From: Pedobacter sp.
GTDB taxonomy: Bacteria > Desulfobacterota > Desulfuromonadia > Desulfuromonadales > Syntrophotaleaceae
Assembly (NCBI GenBank): GCA_050253415.1
Contig: JBFWJC010000001.1
Location: forward strand, 872,679 to 936,678
Direction of reading: 5' to 3'
Length of the DNA stretch: 64,000 nucleotides
Position 1 is the first letter of the stretch. Every line of letters starts with the position of its first letter. The translations under genes and the position numbers were made by a program. The notes beneath the pieces were generated by a model. The model saw only the letters and a program-made list of their open reading frames with translations, was not told where the DNA came from and ran no database searches. Positions 28,469-39,766 of this stretch are shown here, piece after piece.

Positions 28469-28632
28469 GATACCAAAGCGGCCGGATAAGATTAGGGGTG
28501 TGCCTCACTGGGGCGCCGGATCTCGGCCTTTGAGTTGACACAAGCCTGTTAATGGGTAACCGTTGAAGGACAGTGCCAGGGGGCAAAGGGTTATGGCCGG
28601 CGCAGTAGGGCGCTCGTGAAATTATACATTCC

Positions 28633-28674
28633 AAACCTAAAGGCTATGGCGCCAGCTCGATAGCCTTTAGGTTT
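28633..28674 (-). terminator. Hairpin downstream of pbpC
   Basis: aaacctaaaggctat/atagcctttaggttt, perfect 15-bp stem. Confidence 0.6.
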
Positions 28675-28689
28675 GTCTCATGCTATTTT

Positions 28690-31053
28690 TCACTTTGTTC
28701 GATCCCGCACCATTCCCACCTGCAAATCCCGAAGATCGGCCCGGCCATGGTCATCCACTACCCGTACCGTAAAACTACCGCTGGTAGGCGGCCAAAAAAA
28801 GGTTTCTCCGGTCTTGCAGGTTCCGACAAACCGGTCATCAACAAACCAATATAGTTGCCGAACATCGGCGTCGGCCACGGCGCTGAAAGGGATTTCAGCC
28901 TTACCCAGGGTTTCGCTTCGCAGCCGGTATTCCAGGTTGGATACCGGTGACTGGATGGTGGGCGAGGAACCGGCCAGACTCTGCGTGTCGAGATCGCAGT
29001 CCGCCTCGAAGGGTGGGGGTGTCTTGAGGGCGATGCCGGCTTGGCGGAAGATACGTTGCAGATCCGATGGCCAGAACTCGTAAACCTGCATTTCGGTGCG
29101 GCCGGGTTGCTGGTGGCAGGCGCGCAGACCGGTCTGTGTATTCACCGGTACGGCGCGGTGGATGGTCGATACCTTGATCGGCGAGACGCCGGGGATGAAC
29201 CAGGACTCTTTGGTGCGGGGGCAGTAACGGCCCGGCAGGTCGCCGGTGTCGGCGCACATGGCGACGCGTTCCACATTCAGCAGGCCGGGTTTGAGGCTGC
29301 CGGTGGCCTTCCAGGGTTGACCGCCACTTAAGTTATGGAAAATTTCGAACAGCAAGGGGCCGGCGGCCTGGCGACCGACGAAGGCGCGGTTGCCGGAGCC
29401 GTCGAAGTTGCCGATCCATACCGCCACCACATAGGGGCCGGAGATGCCTACCGCCCAGGCGTCGCGAAAGGCGTGCGAGGTGCCGGTCTTCCATGCGACC
29501 TCCATGCCGCTGGTCTGTTGGCCAGGCAAGGTGGGGCGTATCGGTGGCGGGTTGTCGCGCAGGATGTCGAGGGTCAGGAAACAGGCTTCTTTGCTCAGGG
29601 GGAAGGACGGTTTTTCAACCTTTGGGGCGTCGGCCAGCAGGCGCAGCGGCTGCAGTTTGCCGCCGTTGGGTAGCATGGCGTAGAGCTTGAGCAGGTCGAG
29701 CATGCTTAGCTCCACGCCACCCAGTGCCAGGGCCAGTCCGTAGTAGCTCTCCGGTTTGAGGTTTTCCACACCTGCGCTTTGCAGTAATCCGTAAAGTCCC
29801 GGTTTGGCCACGGCTGCCTGCAGAGCCGCTGCGGGCACGTTGCGACTGGCGATAAGGGCGTCACGGGCCAGCATGGGGCCGAGGAAGGCCTGGTCGTAGT
29901 TTTCCGGGGCGAAGCCGCCGTAACGGTGCGGTGCATCCTTGAGCATGGTCATGGGGTGGATTACCCCCTGATCCATGGCCAGGGCGTAGACAAAGGGTTT
30001 GAGGGTGGATCCGGGGGAGCGGGGGGCGTTGCAGCCGTTGACCTGGCCCTGAATCGAGGCCTCGGAAAAATCGGCGGAGCCGACCAGTGCCGCCAGTTCC
30101 ATGGTCTGAAAATTAAGGATCGCCACGGCGCCGTTGACGATACCGACATCTTTACGTCGTGCTACATAGTCGCGGAGGCGTTGTTCGGCCATACGCTGCA
30201 AATCGCCGTCGAGGGTAGTGTCGATGCGGCCCCGTAGCAGCAACGGCAGGTTCCTTTCGAGGTCGGTGACCAGGTGCGGGGCGCGAAACGGCAGCTGCTC
30301 CGGCGGGCGTACCTGAAGGGGCAGTTCGAACGAGGCTTGCAGCCGGGAGGCTTCGGGATGCCGCTCCTGCCATCTTTTGAATAACGGGTCGCGGGCGGTT
30401 TTCAGGGCGGCGAAGCCTTTGGCGGTAGTGGGGGAGCGTTTGACCGGATTCTGCGGAATCACGCACAGGCTCAGGGCTTCGGGCAGGCTCAAGTTTCTGG
30501 CGGGTTTGCCGAAATAGATCAGGCTGGCTGCCTCGACCCCTTCGATGTTACGGCCGTAGGGGGCGAGATTGAGGTAGGCTTCGAAGATTTCGTCCTTGCT
30601 GTAATGACGGGAAAGCTGCAGGGCGCGCAGAATTTGCCACAGCTTGCCGCTCAGGCTGCGGGTCTGCAGGTGCCAGCGCAGCCGGGCGACCTGCATGGTG
30701 ATGGTCGAGGCGCCCACCGGGCGCTCACGGACGATGTAACTGCTCCAGAAGGCGCGCAGTAGCGCCAGGGGATCGACGCCGGGATGGCGATAGTAATCCT
30801 GGTCCTCGTACAGCAGGGTCGCCTCGCGCAACTCCGGGGCAATGTTCGCCAGCGGCACCTGCAGGCGGTAGCGGTCATCGTCGGCCAGGGTGAGGCGTAG
30901 CAGCCGGCCCTGACGGTCGAAAAAAGCCCGCGAGGTACTCTGGTAGCGCAGCAGCTCCGGCCGGGGGATGGCTAAAACGGCGACCACGACCACCAACAGG
31001 ATGATCGCTGCCAAGCGCAACACTCGTTTTGTCTGCGGAAGCCAGTGTTTCAA
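28690..31053 (-). CDS. pbpC: Penicillin-binding protein 1C
   Basis: ED..Y.HPGVD, GASTITMQ, STLK, SRN, KTG and C-terminal domain; follows the alpha-2-macroglobulin gene. Confidence 0.95.
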   Translation of the reverse strand: MKHWLPQTKRVLRLAAIILLVVVVAVLAIPRPELLRYQSTSRAFFDRQGRLLRLTLADDDRYRLQVPLANIAPELREATLLYEDQDYYRHPGVDPLALLRAFWSSYIVRERPVGASTITMQVARLRWHLQTRSLSGKLWQILRALQLSRHYSKDEIFEAYLNLAPYGRNIEGVEAASLIYFGKPARNLSLPEALSLCVIPQNPVKRSPTTAKGFAALKTARDPLFKRWQERHPEASRLQASFELPLQVRPPEQLPFRAPHLVTDLERNLPLLLRGRIDTTLDGDLQRMAEQRLRDYVARRKDVGIVNGAVAILNFQTMELAALVGSADFSEASIQGQVNGCNAPRSPGSTLKPFVYALAMDQGVIHPMTMLKDAPHRYGGFAPENYDQAFLGPMLARDALIASRNVPAAALQAAVAKPGLYGLLQSAGVENLKPESYYGLALALGGVELSMLDLLKLYAMLPNGGKLQPLRLLADAPKVEKPSFPLSKEACFLTLDILRDNPPPIRPTLPGQQTSGMEVAWKTGTSHAFRDAWAVGISGPYVVAVWIGNFDGSGNRAFVGRQAAGPLLFEIFHNLSGGQPWKATGSLKPGLLNVERVAMCADTGDLPGRYCPRTKESWFIPGVSPIKVSTIHRAVPVNTQTGLRACHQQPGRTEMQVYEFWPSDLQRIFRQAGIALKTPPPFEADCDLDTQSLAGSSPTIQSPVSNLEYRLRSETLGKAEIPFSAVADADVRQLYWFVDDRFVGTCKTGETFFWPPTSGSFTVRVVDDHGRADLRDLQVGMVRDRTK

Positions 31054-31108
31054 ACTTTGCCTCTGTGTGTTTCAGTTTTTGTAATGAACGGGTGGTTAAA
31101 ACCCGTTT

Positions 31109-31249
31109 AACAGGGATGAAGGGGATTCAGGGGATACGTCTTAAACCCGGATTTCGCACAAAGACACGACGCCACAAAGAATAACCAGCCTCCCGTGTTA
31201 AGTCTTTGCTTGCTTGGCTCTTATCCCTTTTATCTCCTTTATCCCTGTT
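31109..31249. repeat. REP-like inverted repeat with 9-bp periodic arms
   Basis: Left arm aacagggat-gaaggggat-tcaggggat-a; right arm tatcccttttatctcctttatccctgtt. Confidence 0.65.
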
Positions 31250-31276
31250 CAATTCGATTTTTTTGTTACTCCTTCT

Positions 31277-34200
31277 TTACTTCGATCCTGCGGATTTTTC
31301 AGGCTCCGAAGGCGTAACGCTGAACTTCCCGGATAGACCGGAGGCCCTTACCGCCCGGTCGTACATGGCCTCGGCCCAGGGCGGCGGGATCACGAACTCG
31401 CCTGCGGCGGTGACCTTGGCCCGGTAGCTGAGTTCTCTCGCGGTGGTGTCGAAGCGGCCGTAAAAGACGACCCGGTCCTCGCGCACGTCGATGTAGTCAG
31501 CTCGCCAACCGACGGCGGTGCGCGGCACCGAATCGCGCAGCACCTCGAAGCCGCCCGGCAGCAGGTCGATGACCGCCACGTTGAAAACCGGCTCGCCCAG
31601 CGCCCGCACCCGCAGGCGTACGGTGACTTCCTGCCCCTGTTGCAGTGTGGTCACCGGTTTGCCGTCCCGGTCCAGATACGCGCGGGTAATCTCGAGCTTG
31701 TCACGCACCGGAGCAGTGGGCATCTCACGGTCGAATCCGGCCTGCGACAGCAGGTGGAACAGCGCCTTGTCTGCACTTAGCAGCACCTTGGCGGTGTCGG
31801 TGCCGAAGGCTGCCTGCGGCAACGGTTTATGCTCGACCTGCAGCGCCTGCTGGTTGCCTTGGTTGTTTACTGCGGTGAAACCTATGGCTTCATCCCGCAG
31901 CGGCGAGGTCTGCAGCTGGCCGTAGGCGCCCAGCGCCAGGATGGTGTAGGCGGCGGAAATGGTATTGTAGCGACCTCGGAACACCGGCTCGACAAACCGC
32001 AGCAACTCCTCGCCGTCGAGCTTGGCTGCCTGGTTCGGGAAGTGCTTCGCCAGCAGATAGACGAACTGGGCGTCGCGGGTCAGGGGCGAGTGGAATGCGC
32101 CGTCTTTGTTGCTGCCTTTGGCACCGAGGCGGTAGTGGCTGATCAGCTCAATGGCGGTGTCCTGCTTTTGCAGCAGGCCATAGGATGCGGCCATATAGGC
32201 GGCGGCCAGATCCTGACGCCAGGTTTTTGACTGGTTTTTGTCCAGCCAGCTCTGCAGGCTGACCAGGTGGTTGGTGGTGACTTCCCCCATGCGCGTCAAC
32301 AGGTAGATGGCATAGGCACGTACCCGCGCCTGCTCCAGATTTTCCGGCGTATGACCGACATAATAGCGCATATAATCCCTGCCGCGGGTCATGAGATCGT
32401 TCGGCACAGCGTAGCCCAGTTCGCGCACCTCGAGCAGGAAATGCATGGCATAAACGCTGGGGAATTCCGCCACTTCGCTGCCACCGGGCCAGAAGCAGAA
32501 ACCACCGTTGGCCAGTTGCCGCTCGCGCAGGCGGGTGATGAGGGTGGCGAATCGCTGCCGGTTGTCGCTGGAGTGGGGCGCGAAGGCCGGATGGCTCATG
32601 AGGCCGACCAGCGGGAAAACCTGGCTGACCACCTGTTCGGTACAGCCGTGGGGGAAGTGCTCCAGGTAGGATGATAGTCCATCGATGAGTACCAGCGGGC
32701 TGCTTGATGCCGCCACCTGCTGCTGGGCCAGATCGGCGTACAGCCTGCGGGGCACATTCAGCTGCGCCTTTCCGTTGTCCGCGAAGCCGCTTGTCATGGT
32801 GGTGGCGTAGGGCAGCGCCGGACGGACGCTGAGGGTCGCACGGCGGGTAGCCTGCTCTTTGCCCGAGGTGACGATGAAGCGCACCTGTGCCGCACCAAGC
32901 TTGTCTGTAGCCTTGAGTTGGAAGTGGACGGTTTTTTCGCTGCCTTCGCCGATGGTCAGCCGCTGGTCTTTATCCCCGACGATTCTAAGCTGTGGTGAAG
33001 CCTCCAGGCGCACGGTGACCGGGGTGTCCTTGCCCGAACCTTCCAGGATATTGCTGATGCTGGCCGAGGCGCGGAAACTGTCACCGGGAGCGGCCTGGGT
33101 CAGCAGGCTGGGGGTGATGACGAAGGGGCCGCGCACCAGGCTGGAGTTTTCCGCCACGCCGATAGCATCGGTCGCCACCGCCACCGCCATGACACGCAGG
33201 GTGCCGGAAAAGGTATCGGGGACCGTAAAGCTGACCGTGCGTTTTTGGCCGTCGGCATCGATAATTCCGGACCAGAACACGGCCGGTTTGTCCAGCGCTC
33301 GGGCGAAGGGGTTGAGATTGGCAGCCAGGGCTTTGCGCATGCTTTCGTCGGCTATGCCGCCGCCGCTGGCCGAGAGCTGACGGATCAGCTCGAATTCGGG
33401 CAGGATCAGGTCGAGCATCTGCAGGGTGTCGACCTGCAGGGCGCGTTTGCGCAAGAAGTGATCGAGGGGTTGCGGGGTCTTGTAGTTTGCTACCTGCAGA
33501 ATCCCCTCGTTTACGGCGAACACCGCGATGCGCGACGGGCGGGAGGCACTGTAGGCGATCTCCATCCGGTCGCCGGGGCGCACCTTGGGGGCCACCTCCA
33601 GCTGGACATCAAGCGTGCGTTTGCCGCGGTCGATGGTAAAAGGCGCCACGGCGTAGCTCAAGGGGCTGGTAAAGATTTCCCTGGAGTCGGCGGCGCGCAC
33701 AAAGGCGACGTTGATGTAGGCGTTGCCCTCGAGATTTTTGGGGATGGTTATGGTCTGCATGGAGCTGGTGGTATCCGTGGAGAACCATTTCCAGGCATGC
33801 ACTCGGTCGCTTTCAATGGTGATCAGGCCGCTGCCCGTGTAGGGAGCGGTGATGTTCATCTCGATGGTATCGCCGGCCTTGTAATCCTGACGGTCCAGTT
33901 TCAGATCGAGTTCGGCGTTTTTCTCAAGTTGCCCCAGCAGGTTGCCGTGACCAACCACGGTGAAGCGCACCCGGGCCAGTTTCAAGCCCTGCGGGTCCAG
34001 GATCTCCCAAACAAAGGTTCCCGGCCGGTTAGTGGGGAGCCGGTGTCGCATGCCGTCGACAGGGATGACAAAATCCTCTGACAGCATTTCCTGTTCCTTC
34101 TCCACGGACTGGTAGGCGTAGGTGCCATCCGGCTGCTGTACCAGGGTCGAGATCGTGCGGATTTCCGTGAGGCGCGCCTTCAGGTTTTTCACGGCCCGGG

Positions 34201-37066
34201 GTTTGAGATCGGTACCGATGGCGATGAGGTCGACAAAGCGTTCGGCCTCCTTATTGATGTAATCAAGTTTTCCGTCGCTTTTGGTGCCGACCAGGGTCTC
34301 CAGGGGGGACAGCAGCAGGCTATTGCGCGCGGTGACGCTGCGCCCGCCGCCGGGTTCGAAACCCTCGGTGGTGAGAGTCAGCATATAGGTCCCGGCGGTA
34401 AAGCGCTCCAGCGGCAGGGTGAATTCGGCCTGGCCCTGCGCATCGGTGGTCCGGGCTTCCAGTTCTTCGTCGATCTGTAGCGGCTGTTTGTCCGGGTCGT
34501 ACCAGGGATCGGCGAAGGTGTAATCCTTGTATTCCTTGAAGTTGAAACGGGCGCTGCGCACGTTCATGAAGGCGGTGACTTTACGCCCCTGTGCCGGGGT
34601 GCCGAACAGGTTGCGCAGGTCCACCCGGGCGGTGAGCTGTGTGGCGGTACTCCAGCCCCGTTCTTTGATACCGAGCAAGGTGCTCTGGATTTTCAGGGTA
34701 TCGGGCTGAAACTCCTCGACACGGAACTGGGCCAAGTCGATCATGCGCCCGCGGTATTTATTGTCACGCACCAGATACAGGGCCACCTGGTAGGTTCCGG
34801 TTTCCGAGGCGGGTTGGGTTACATAGGGGTAATCGAAGAAACCCTTGGTCGGAAGATTAAGACGTTTGCTGGCCACTTCAGCGCCACGCGGGCTGCGGAT
34901 GGCGATTTCCAGCGGGATCCCTTCGATATTGTCCAGCGACTGTGATTTGACGATACAGCCGATGGTCGCCTGCTCCCCTGGACGGTAGAGGCCACGGTCG
35001 CTGAACAGGTAAGCTCCGAGGCTCTCGCCGTTGGTTTGCCGGTCGCGAACGCCGTCGACCTGGAATCGGGAAAAATTGAGTTGCCGGGCGGGGCGCTCAA
35101 ACGGGATAAAGGCGGTGTCGCCGGCGGTTTTGACCACATAGACGGTCGGCTGTTGCTCGTTCTCGAACCCCTTGGTGCTGGGGAACCGCGCATGGCCCTG
35201 ATTGTCGGTGGTGCGGGTCAGCAGCGGCAGGCCGTTGCGTCCCTGCAGAGTGACTTTTGCACCGGCCACCGGGCGGCCATTGCCGAAAGACTGCACGAAG
35301 ACTTCATGGCTCTGGTCGGCGTTGTCCTTGACCAGCAGGCCCAGGTCGGTCACCAGAATCAAACGCCTGTCGCTGATCCAGCCCAATTTTTGTTTGCGGG
35401 TCTTGTCCCAGCCGCATATTTCCACGAAGAACAAGCCGCAGCGGTCGTTACCCGTGGGCAGGTAAGTGCTGAGGTCGACGGAGGCGTAATTGGCCTGTTG
35501 AGGAGGCAGCGGTTTAAGGTCGACGATCTGCTGGGCATATTCAACGATGTTGTCCTGGTCGAAACGGTAGCTGGCAAAGGAGGGATCGCGCAGATCGCCG
35601 CGGGTCTGGCTGACCAGGTGCTGCAACTGGCCCGGCAGCAGTTTGCCGATGCGTATCTGGAAGGCCTCCAGTCCGCGGGCCATGAGTCCCAATTGGTGCG
35701 CGCCGGCCAGCGACAGCAGTGCGCCATCGGCGGCGATGGTGATCTCTTTTGGATAATCAGGAACCGTTACCAGTGTGTCGTAAAGGGAGGCATGGATGAA
35801 TCCGCCCAGGGAGGTCAGACCTGGCTTGAGGCGCAGGTAGAGGGTGCGGCCCGGCGGTGCATCCAGGGGCAGATGATATTCCTTGGCGAAGCCATGTTCC
35901 GTCTCGAGGGGGGCCGGGGGCAGGGGGGTGGCACTGGCCAGCACCGCGTCGGTTACTTCACGGGGACTGCGCCAGGATCGATTGTTGCGCTGCGGGTTGC
36001 GCGGTGGCAACAGCCAGACCTGCAGTTTGTCCTTCAGTTCGGTTTCGGCGATGTCGTCGGTGAACCGGAGGGTAACAACCTGTTGCGGTTCGTTTTTTTG
36101 GGTACGGACGATATCGGCGGTGGCGCTTTCGACCTTCAGGAAGCTGAGGCGGTCGGGGATCAGCAATTCCTTGGAGAGTTGCTGATCCGATGGCGAACCA
36201 CCGGTAGCCGGGGCGATGCCGGCTTTGAGGTCCAGTCGCAGGTAGTTGCTATGTTCCGGTAGTTGCAACGGGACGCTGTGCACATAGGCTTCACGCTGGT
36301 TCTTGTCGCAGGTGAGGGTGAATGTGATCTGTTCCGGGCGGGTTTTGCTCCCCTCGTCGGAGGGGCGCATGGTCAGAGTCAGATGTTTTTCCAGACTTTG
36401 GATATCCACCGGATGGGAAAACCGCAGGGTGGCGACAGCCTGACGAACTTTGCGGTCCCTGGGGTCCTGATAAAACTCCAGATTGCCGAGATCGATGTTG
36501 AAATCCGGTGTATGAAATTCGTAGCTCAGGGTCTTGAAACGGGCCTCATGCGAGAACAGTTTTTTGTCGAAGCGCACCCGGTAGCGGGTGCCGGCCTGCC
36601 ATTCGCGATCGGGGACAAACACCAGGGTGTTGTCCCCCTCCCAGCTCCAGGAACCGCCCATGGCCGGTTCGAGGTGGATGCCAGCTTCGACGCGCTGGTC
36701 CACCAGTTCGAGGCGCGCCACCGATGGCGGTGCGTCGGGGAGTTCCTGCTCCGGTTGCAGTCGCTCTGTATCGTAGATAAAAGTGACGCGCAGGGCATCG
36801 GGTTGCGGGTTTTCGATGTTGGGGGTGATCCCCGGGGACTCGATCTCAGCCGTCAGTAACAGAGGTTTTGGCAGTTGCCGATAGTAAAGGTAGCCCGCCC
36901 CTGTCGCGAAGGTCAGCAATAAAACCATTGCAAGTCCGCCCCAGAATCGACCCGGTCGCTGTTTGCGCGTGCGCTGCAAGGCCGCAGCCCAGGGTGGGGG
37001 CGTCCAGCAAAATGAGCCAGCAAGTTTGCTTGCACAACGACCGGCGACGCGAAACAGTCTCCTCAT
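31277..37066 (-). CDS. Bacterial alpha-2-macroglobulin (YfhM family)
   Basis: About 1930 aa; SDRGLYRPGE, thioester GCTEQ, DLLPGGFE and DVREDR; N-terminal TM anchor. Confidence 0.95.
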   Translation of the reverse strand: MRRLFRVAGRCASKLAGSFCWTPPPWAAALQRTRKQRPGRFWGGLAMVLLLTFATGAGYLYYRQLPKPLLLTAEIESPGITPNIENPQPDALRVTFIYDTERLQPEQELPDAPPSVARLELVDQRVEAGIHLEPAMGGSWSWEGDNTLVFVPDREWQAGTRYRVRFDKKLFSHEARFKTLSYEFHTPDFNIDLGNLEFYQDPRDRKVRQAVATLRFSHPVDIQSLEKHLTLTMRPSDEGSKTRPEQITFTLTCDKNQREAYVHSVPLQLPEHSNYLRLDLKAGIAPATGGSPSDQQLSKELLIPDRLSFLKVESATADIVRTQKNEPQQVVTLRFTDDIAETELKDKLQVWLLPPRNPQRNNRSWRSPREVTDAVLASATPLPPAPLETEHGFAKEYHLPLDAPPGRTLYLRLKPGLTSLGGFIHASLYDTLVTVPDYPKEITIAADGALLSLAGAHQLGLMARGLEAFQIRIGKLLPGQLQHLVSQTRGDLRDPSFASYRFDQDNIVEYAQQIVDLKPLPPQQANYASVDLSTYLPTGNDRCGLFFVEICGWDKTRKQKLGWISDRRLILVTDLGLLVKDNADQSHEVFVQSFGNGRPVAGAKVTLQGRNGLPLLTRTTDNQGHARFPSTKGFENEQQPTVYVVKTAGDTAFIPFERPARQLNFSRFQVDGVRDRQTNGESLGAYLFSDRGLYRPGEQATIGCIVKSQSLDNIEGIPLEIAIRSPRGAEVASKRLNLPTKGFFDYPYVTQPASETGTYQVALYLVRDNKYRGRMIDLAQFRVEEFQPDTLKIQSTLLGIKERGWSTATQLTARVDLRNLFGTPAQGRKVTAFMNVRSARFNFKEYKDYTFADPWYDPDKQPLQIDEELEARTTDAQGQAEFTLPLERFTAGTYMLTLTTEGFEPGGGRSVTARNSLLLSPLETLVGTKSDGKLDYINKEAERFVDLIAIGTDLKPRAVKNLKARLTEIRTISTLVQQPDGTYAYQSVEKEQEMLSEDFVIPVDGMRHRLPTNRPGTFVWEILDPQGLKLARVRFTVVGHGNLLGQLEKNAELDLKLDRQDYKAGDTIEMNITAPYTGSGLITIESDRVHAWKWFSTDTTSSMQTITIPKNLEGNAYINVAFVRAADSREIFTSPLSYAVAPFTIDRGKRTLDVQLEVAPKVRPGDRMEIAYSASRPSRIAVFAVNEGILQVANYKTPQPLDHFLRKRALQVDTLQMLDLILPEFELIRQLSASGGGIADESMRKALAANLNPFARALDKPAVFWSGIIDADGQKRTVSFTVPDTFSGTLRVMAVAVATDAIGVAENSSLVRGPFVITPSLLTQAAPGDSFRASASISNILEGSGKDTPVTVRLEASPQLRIVGDKDQRLTIGEGSEKTVHFQLKATDKLGAAQVRFIVTSGKEQATRRATLSVRPALPYATTMTSGFADNGKAQLNVPRRLYADLAQQQVAASSSPLVLIDGLSSYLEHFPHGCTEQVVSQVFPLVGLMSHPAFAPHSSDNRQRFATLITRLRERQLANGGFCFWPGGSEVAEFPSVYAMHFLLEVRELGYAVPNDLMTRGRDYMRYYVGHTPENLEQARVRAYAIYLLTRMGEVTTNHLVSLQSWLDKNQSKTWRQDLAAAYMAASYGLLQKQDTAIELISHYRLGAKGSNKDGAFHSPLTRDAQFVYLLAKHFPNQAAKLDGEELLRFVEPVFRGRYNTISAAYTILALGAYGQLQTSPLRDEAIGFTAVNNQGNQQALQVEHKPLPQAAFGTDTAKVLLSADKALFHLLSQAGFDREMPTAPVRDKLEITRAYLDRDGKPVTTLQQGQEVTVRLRVRALGEPVFNVAVIDLLPGGFEVLRDSVPRTAVGWRADYIDVREDRVVFYGRFDTTARELSYRAKVTAAGEFVIPPPWAEAMYDRAVRASGLSGKFSVTPSEPEKSAGSK

Positions 37067-37631
37067 AGTCTCCATCCTTTTGTGTACGCGGGATTTCTGT
37101 ATATGGATACCGCGAAGCATTTTCCTTTGGGCTATCCTGAACCTATTTTCAGCCATCAACTGTTTTTCATAATTGCGGACAAATATATCATGATGCCGCT
37201 CACTTGACGAGGGTCATTGTTGAACTTGCCAATGATGAGAAATCGTAAAAAAAATTTAAGAAAAATGTCAACTTGTTGACTGTTTGGAAGCTTAACTAAG
37301 CCATAAATAAAGGGATTTTTTTATTTACATTTTTGGTCGTGATTAGTATAGTCCCGTCCATAATGGTGTTCTAATTATCGTATACATATTCTTTCTGGTT
37401 AATTTTAGTGTATACGAGTTTGTTATGTGGTCTTTGTTTTCGTTTGACTATCTTTTATTTGATTGAATGGAACTCGCGGTCGACCGCTTTTGGCACAAGG
37501 ACTTTTAATCTGTGATCATAACAGGACGATCTCATCTACTCCTGATACATCTTATTGTTTGTTTTTGGGAGAAATCCGTTTTCAAAATTGTTGTCGATGG
37601 CAAAAAATCATAAGTTGCTCTGGAGGTAAGT

Positions 37632-39641
37632 ATGAAATGGAATTTGCGAGGGAAGATTTTATTTCCAACCATTCTGGTGGTTCTGGTCGGGTTGGCGCTG
37701 TCAGGGTTTCTTAATTACCGATCGTCCAAGGTCGCCCTGGAAACGACCATTGACGGACAGTTGACCGAAATGACCCGCAGTCTGGCCGGGCAGTTCGAGG
37801 GCTGGATCGATGGGTTGAGCAAGGATATCGAGATCTGTTCCCAGCGTGATGTCATTCGCAAGGCGCTGCATGCCGAAAGTGAGGAACAGCGACTGGCAAC
37901 TTCTGCGGCAGCCGGTGTTGCACTCGAAACGATGGTTAAACAGTATGGCGGCTACGAGGGTTTTCATGTCACCGGTATGGATGGTGTCGTAGTGGCGTCT
38001 TCCGACCCGGCTGCCGTTGGCAAGCTCGACATCAGCCAGCGTGATTATTTCCGTGCGAGTCTTACAGGCAAGACCGTCGTTTCCGAGGTGTTGCGCAGCA
38101 AGGTGACCAACAATCCAATCTTCGTTATTGCAGTACCTGTACATGACGGGGCTGAGATTGCCGGGGTGATTATCGGGGTGCTGGACCTGATGCAATTTAC
38201 CGAGAAATATATCAGCCCCATCAAGGTAGGCCAACGTGGCTACGTTTATCTGCTTGATGACCAAGGCCGTTTTATCGCCCATCCCAATCAAGACAATATT
38301 CTCAATGTGGATGTTTCCGGCTACGATTGGGGGCAGGAGGTGCTGCGCAAAAAGAAAGGCTTTACTCTCTACCAATGGGAAGGTATCGACAAGCTGCTTG
38401 CCTATGATCAGGTTCCTTCCACCGGATGGATCGTGGCCGCCTGCGCCGAAAGTCACGACGTGTTTTCCGCGATTGACGGGATTCGTAACCAGAGCCTCTT
38501 CATCGCTCTTATTCTGCTGGCAGTGCTGGCCGGGGTCGTTTTCCTCGTCGTGCGCCCTATTGTTAACGATGTACGTCTTGGGGTCCGGTTTGCCGAAACT
38601 ATTGGCCTTGGGGATCTGTCAGAACGATTACAACTTGCGCGGCATGATGAAATCGGTCAACTGGGGCAAGCCCTTGATGGCATGGCCGACAGCCTGCAGG
38701 CCAAAGCCCGCCTTGCCGACCAGATTGCTCAGGGCAACCTGGCTGTTGAGGTGCAACTGGCTTCGGACAGGGATCAGTTGGGGCAGGCCCTGCAGGGAAT
38801 GACATCCAATCTCAATGAAGTGCTCACCCAGGTAAGCGAGGCCGGAGAGCACATCGCCAGTTGCGCACTTCAGGTTGCGGATTCAAGTCAATCCTTGTCG
38901 CAGAGTGCTACCGAGGCTGCGGCCTCCATGGAGGAGATTACTGCGTCCATGACCGAGATGGCTTCCCAGACCGGTCTTAACGCGGAAAATGCCGAGCAAG
39001 CCAATAAATTGTCCGATAATGCTCGTAGCGGCGCGACTCAGGGGGCCGAGTTGATGGAAAAAATGCTGGCGGCTATCTGGGATATCAACGCTTCGAGTGA
39101 AGATATTTCCAAAATTATCAAGGTTATCGACGAGATTGCCTTCCAGACCAACCTGCTGGCGCTCAACGCTGCCGTCGAGGCCGCCCGTGCCGGCCAGCAC
39201 GGCAAGGGGTTTGCGGTGGTGGCCGAAGAAGTACGTACCCTGGCGGCACGCAGCGCCAAGGCCGCCAAGGAAACCGCCGAACTCATCGAGAATTCCGTGG
39301 CCAAGACGCGCAACGGAACGGAACTGGCCGACAAGACAGCCGTTGCCTTGCAGACCATTGTCGATGGTGCGACCAAGGTTTCCGACCTGGTCGCGGAAAT
39401 CTCCATGGCATCCAACGAACAGGCCCAGGGCTTCAGCCAGGTTAACCTGGGCTTGAATCAGATCGATGGCGTTACCCAGCAGAATACCGCCAATGCGGAG
39501 GAAAGCGCTGCGGCAGCCCAGGAGCTTACCGGTCAGGCCGAACGCATGCAGCAGATGTTGGCACGTTTTACCCTGAAAGGTCAGTCGCGGGGTAACGGTA
39601 AGCCGGCCAGCACAGCAGTTCTGGCTTTGCCATCGGCATAA
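37632..39641 (+). CDS. Methyl-accepting chemotaxis protein (dCache-HAMP)
   Basis: 2 TM segments, [24 protein letters not shown] and [10 protein letters not shown]. Confidence 0.96.
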   Translation: MKWNLRGKILFPTILVVLVGLALSGFLNYRSSKVALETTIDGQLTEMTRSLAGQFEGWIDGLSKDIEICSQRDVIRKALHAESEEQRLATSAAAGVALETMVKQYGGYEGFHVTGMDGVVVASSDPAAVGKLDISQRDYFRASLTGKTVVSEVLRSKVTNNPIFVIAVPVHDGAEIAGVIIGVLDLMQFTEKYISPIKVGQRGYVYLLDDQGRFIAHPNQDNILNVDVSGYDWGQEVLRKKKGFTLYQWEGIDKLLAYDQVPSTGWIVAACAESHDVFSAIDGIRNQSLFIALILLAVLAGVVFLVVRPIVNDVRLGVRFAETIGLGDLSERLQLARHDEIGQLGQALDGMADSLQAKARLADQIAQGNLAVEVQLASDRDQLGQALQGMTSNLNEVLTQVSEAGEHIASCALQVADSSQSLSQSATEAAASMEEITASMTEMASQTGLNAENAEQANKLSDNARSGATQGAELMEKMLAAIWDINASSEDISKIIKVIDEIAFQTNLLALNAAVEAARAGQHGKGFAVVAEEVRTLAARSAKAAKETAELIENSVAKTRNGTELADKTAVALQTIVDGATKVSDLVAEISMASNEQAQGFSQVNLGLNQIDGVTQQNTANAEESAAAAQELTGQAERMQQMLARFTLKGQSRGNGKPASTAVLALPSA

Positions 39642-39660
39642 TTCCCCAAGAAATACTATG

Positions 39661-39708
39661 AAAAAAGCCGTCTCCCTCTGCCAGCAGGCAAAAGGAGACG
39701 GCTTTTTT
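39661..39708. terminator. Bidirectional terminator between MCP and cheW
   Basis: aaaaaagccgtctcc...ggagacggctttttt. Confidence 0.85.
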
Positions 39709-39766
39709 ATTATCGGGACGAGACAGGCGACATGGTGCTAAACATACTTGCCACCGTGAGGGGAAC

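Noticed and set aside
37160..37630. AT-rich region upstream of the MCP as a riboswitch or foreign DNA
   Set aside because: No GEMM or other aptamer motif found; consistent with an ordinary divergent promoter region
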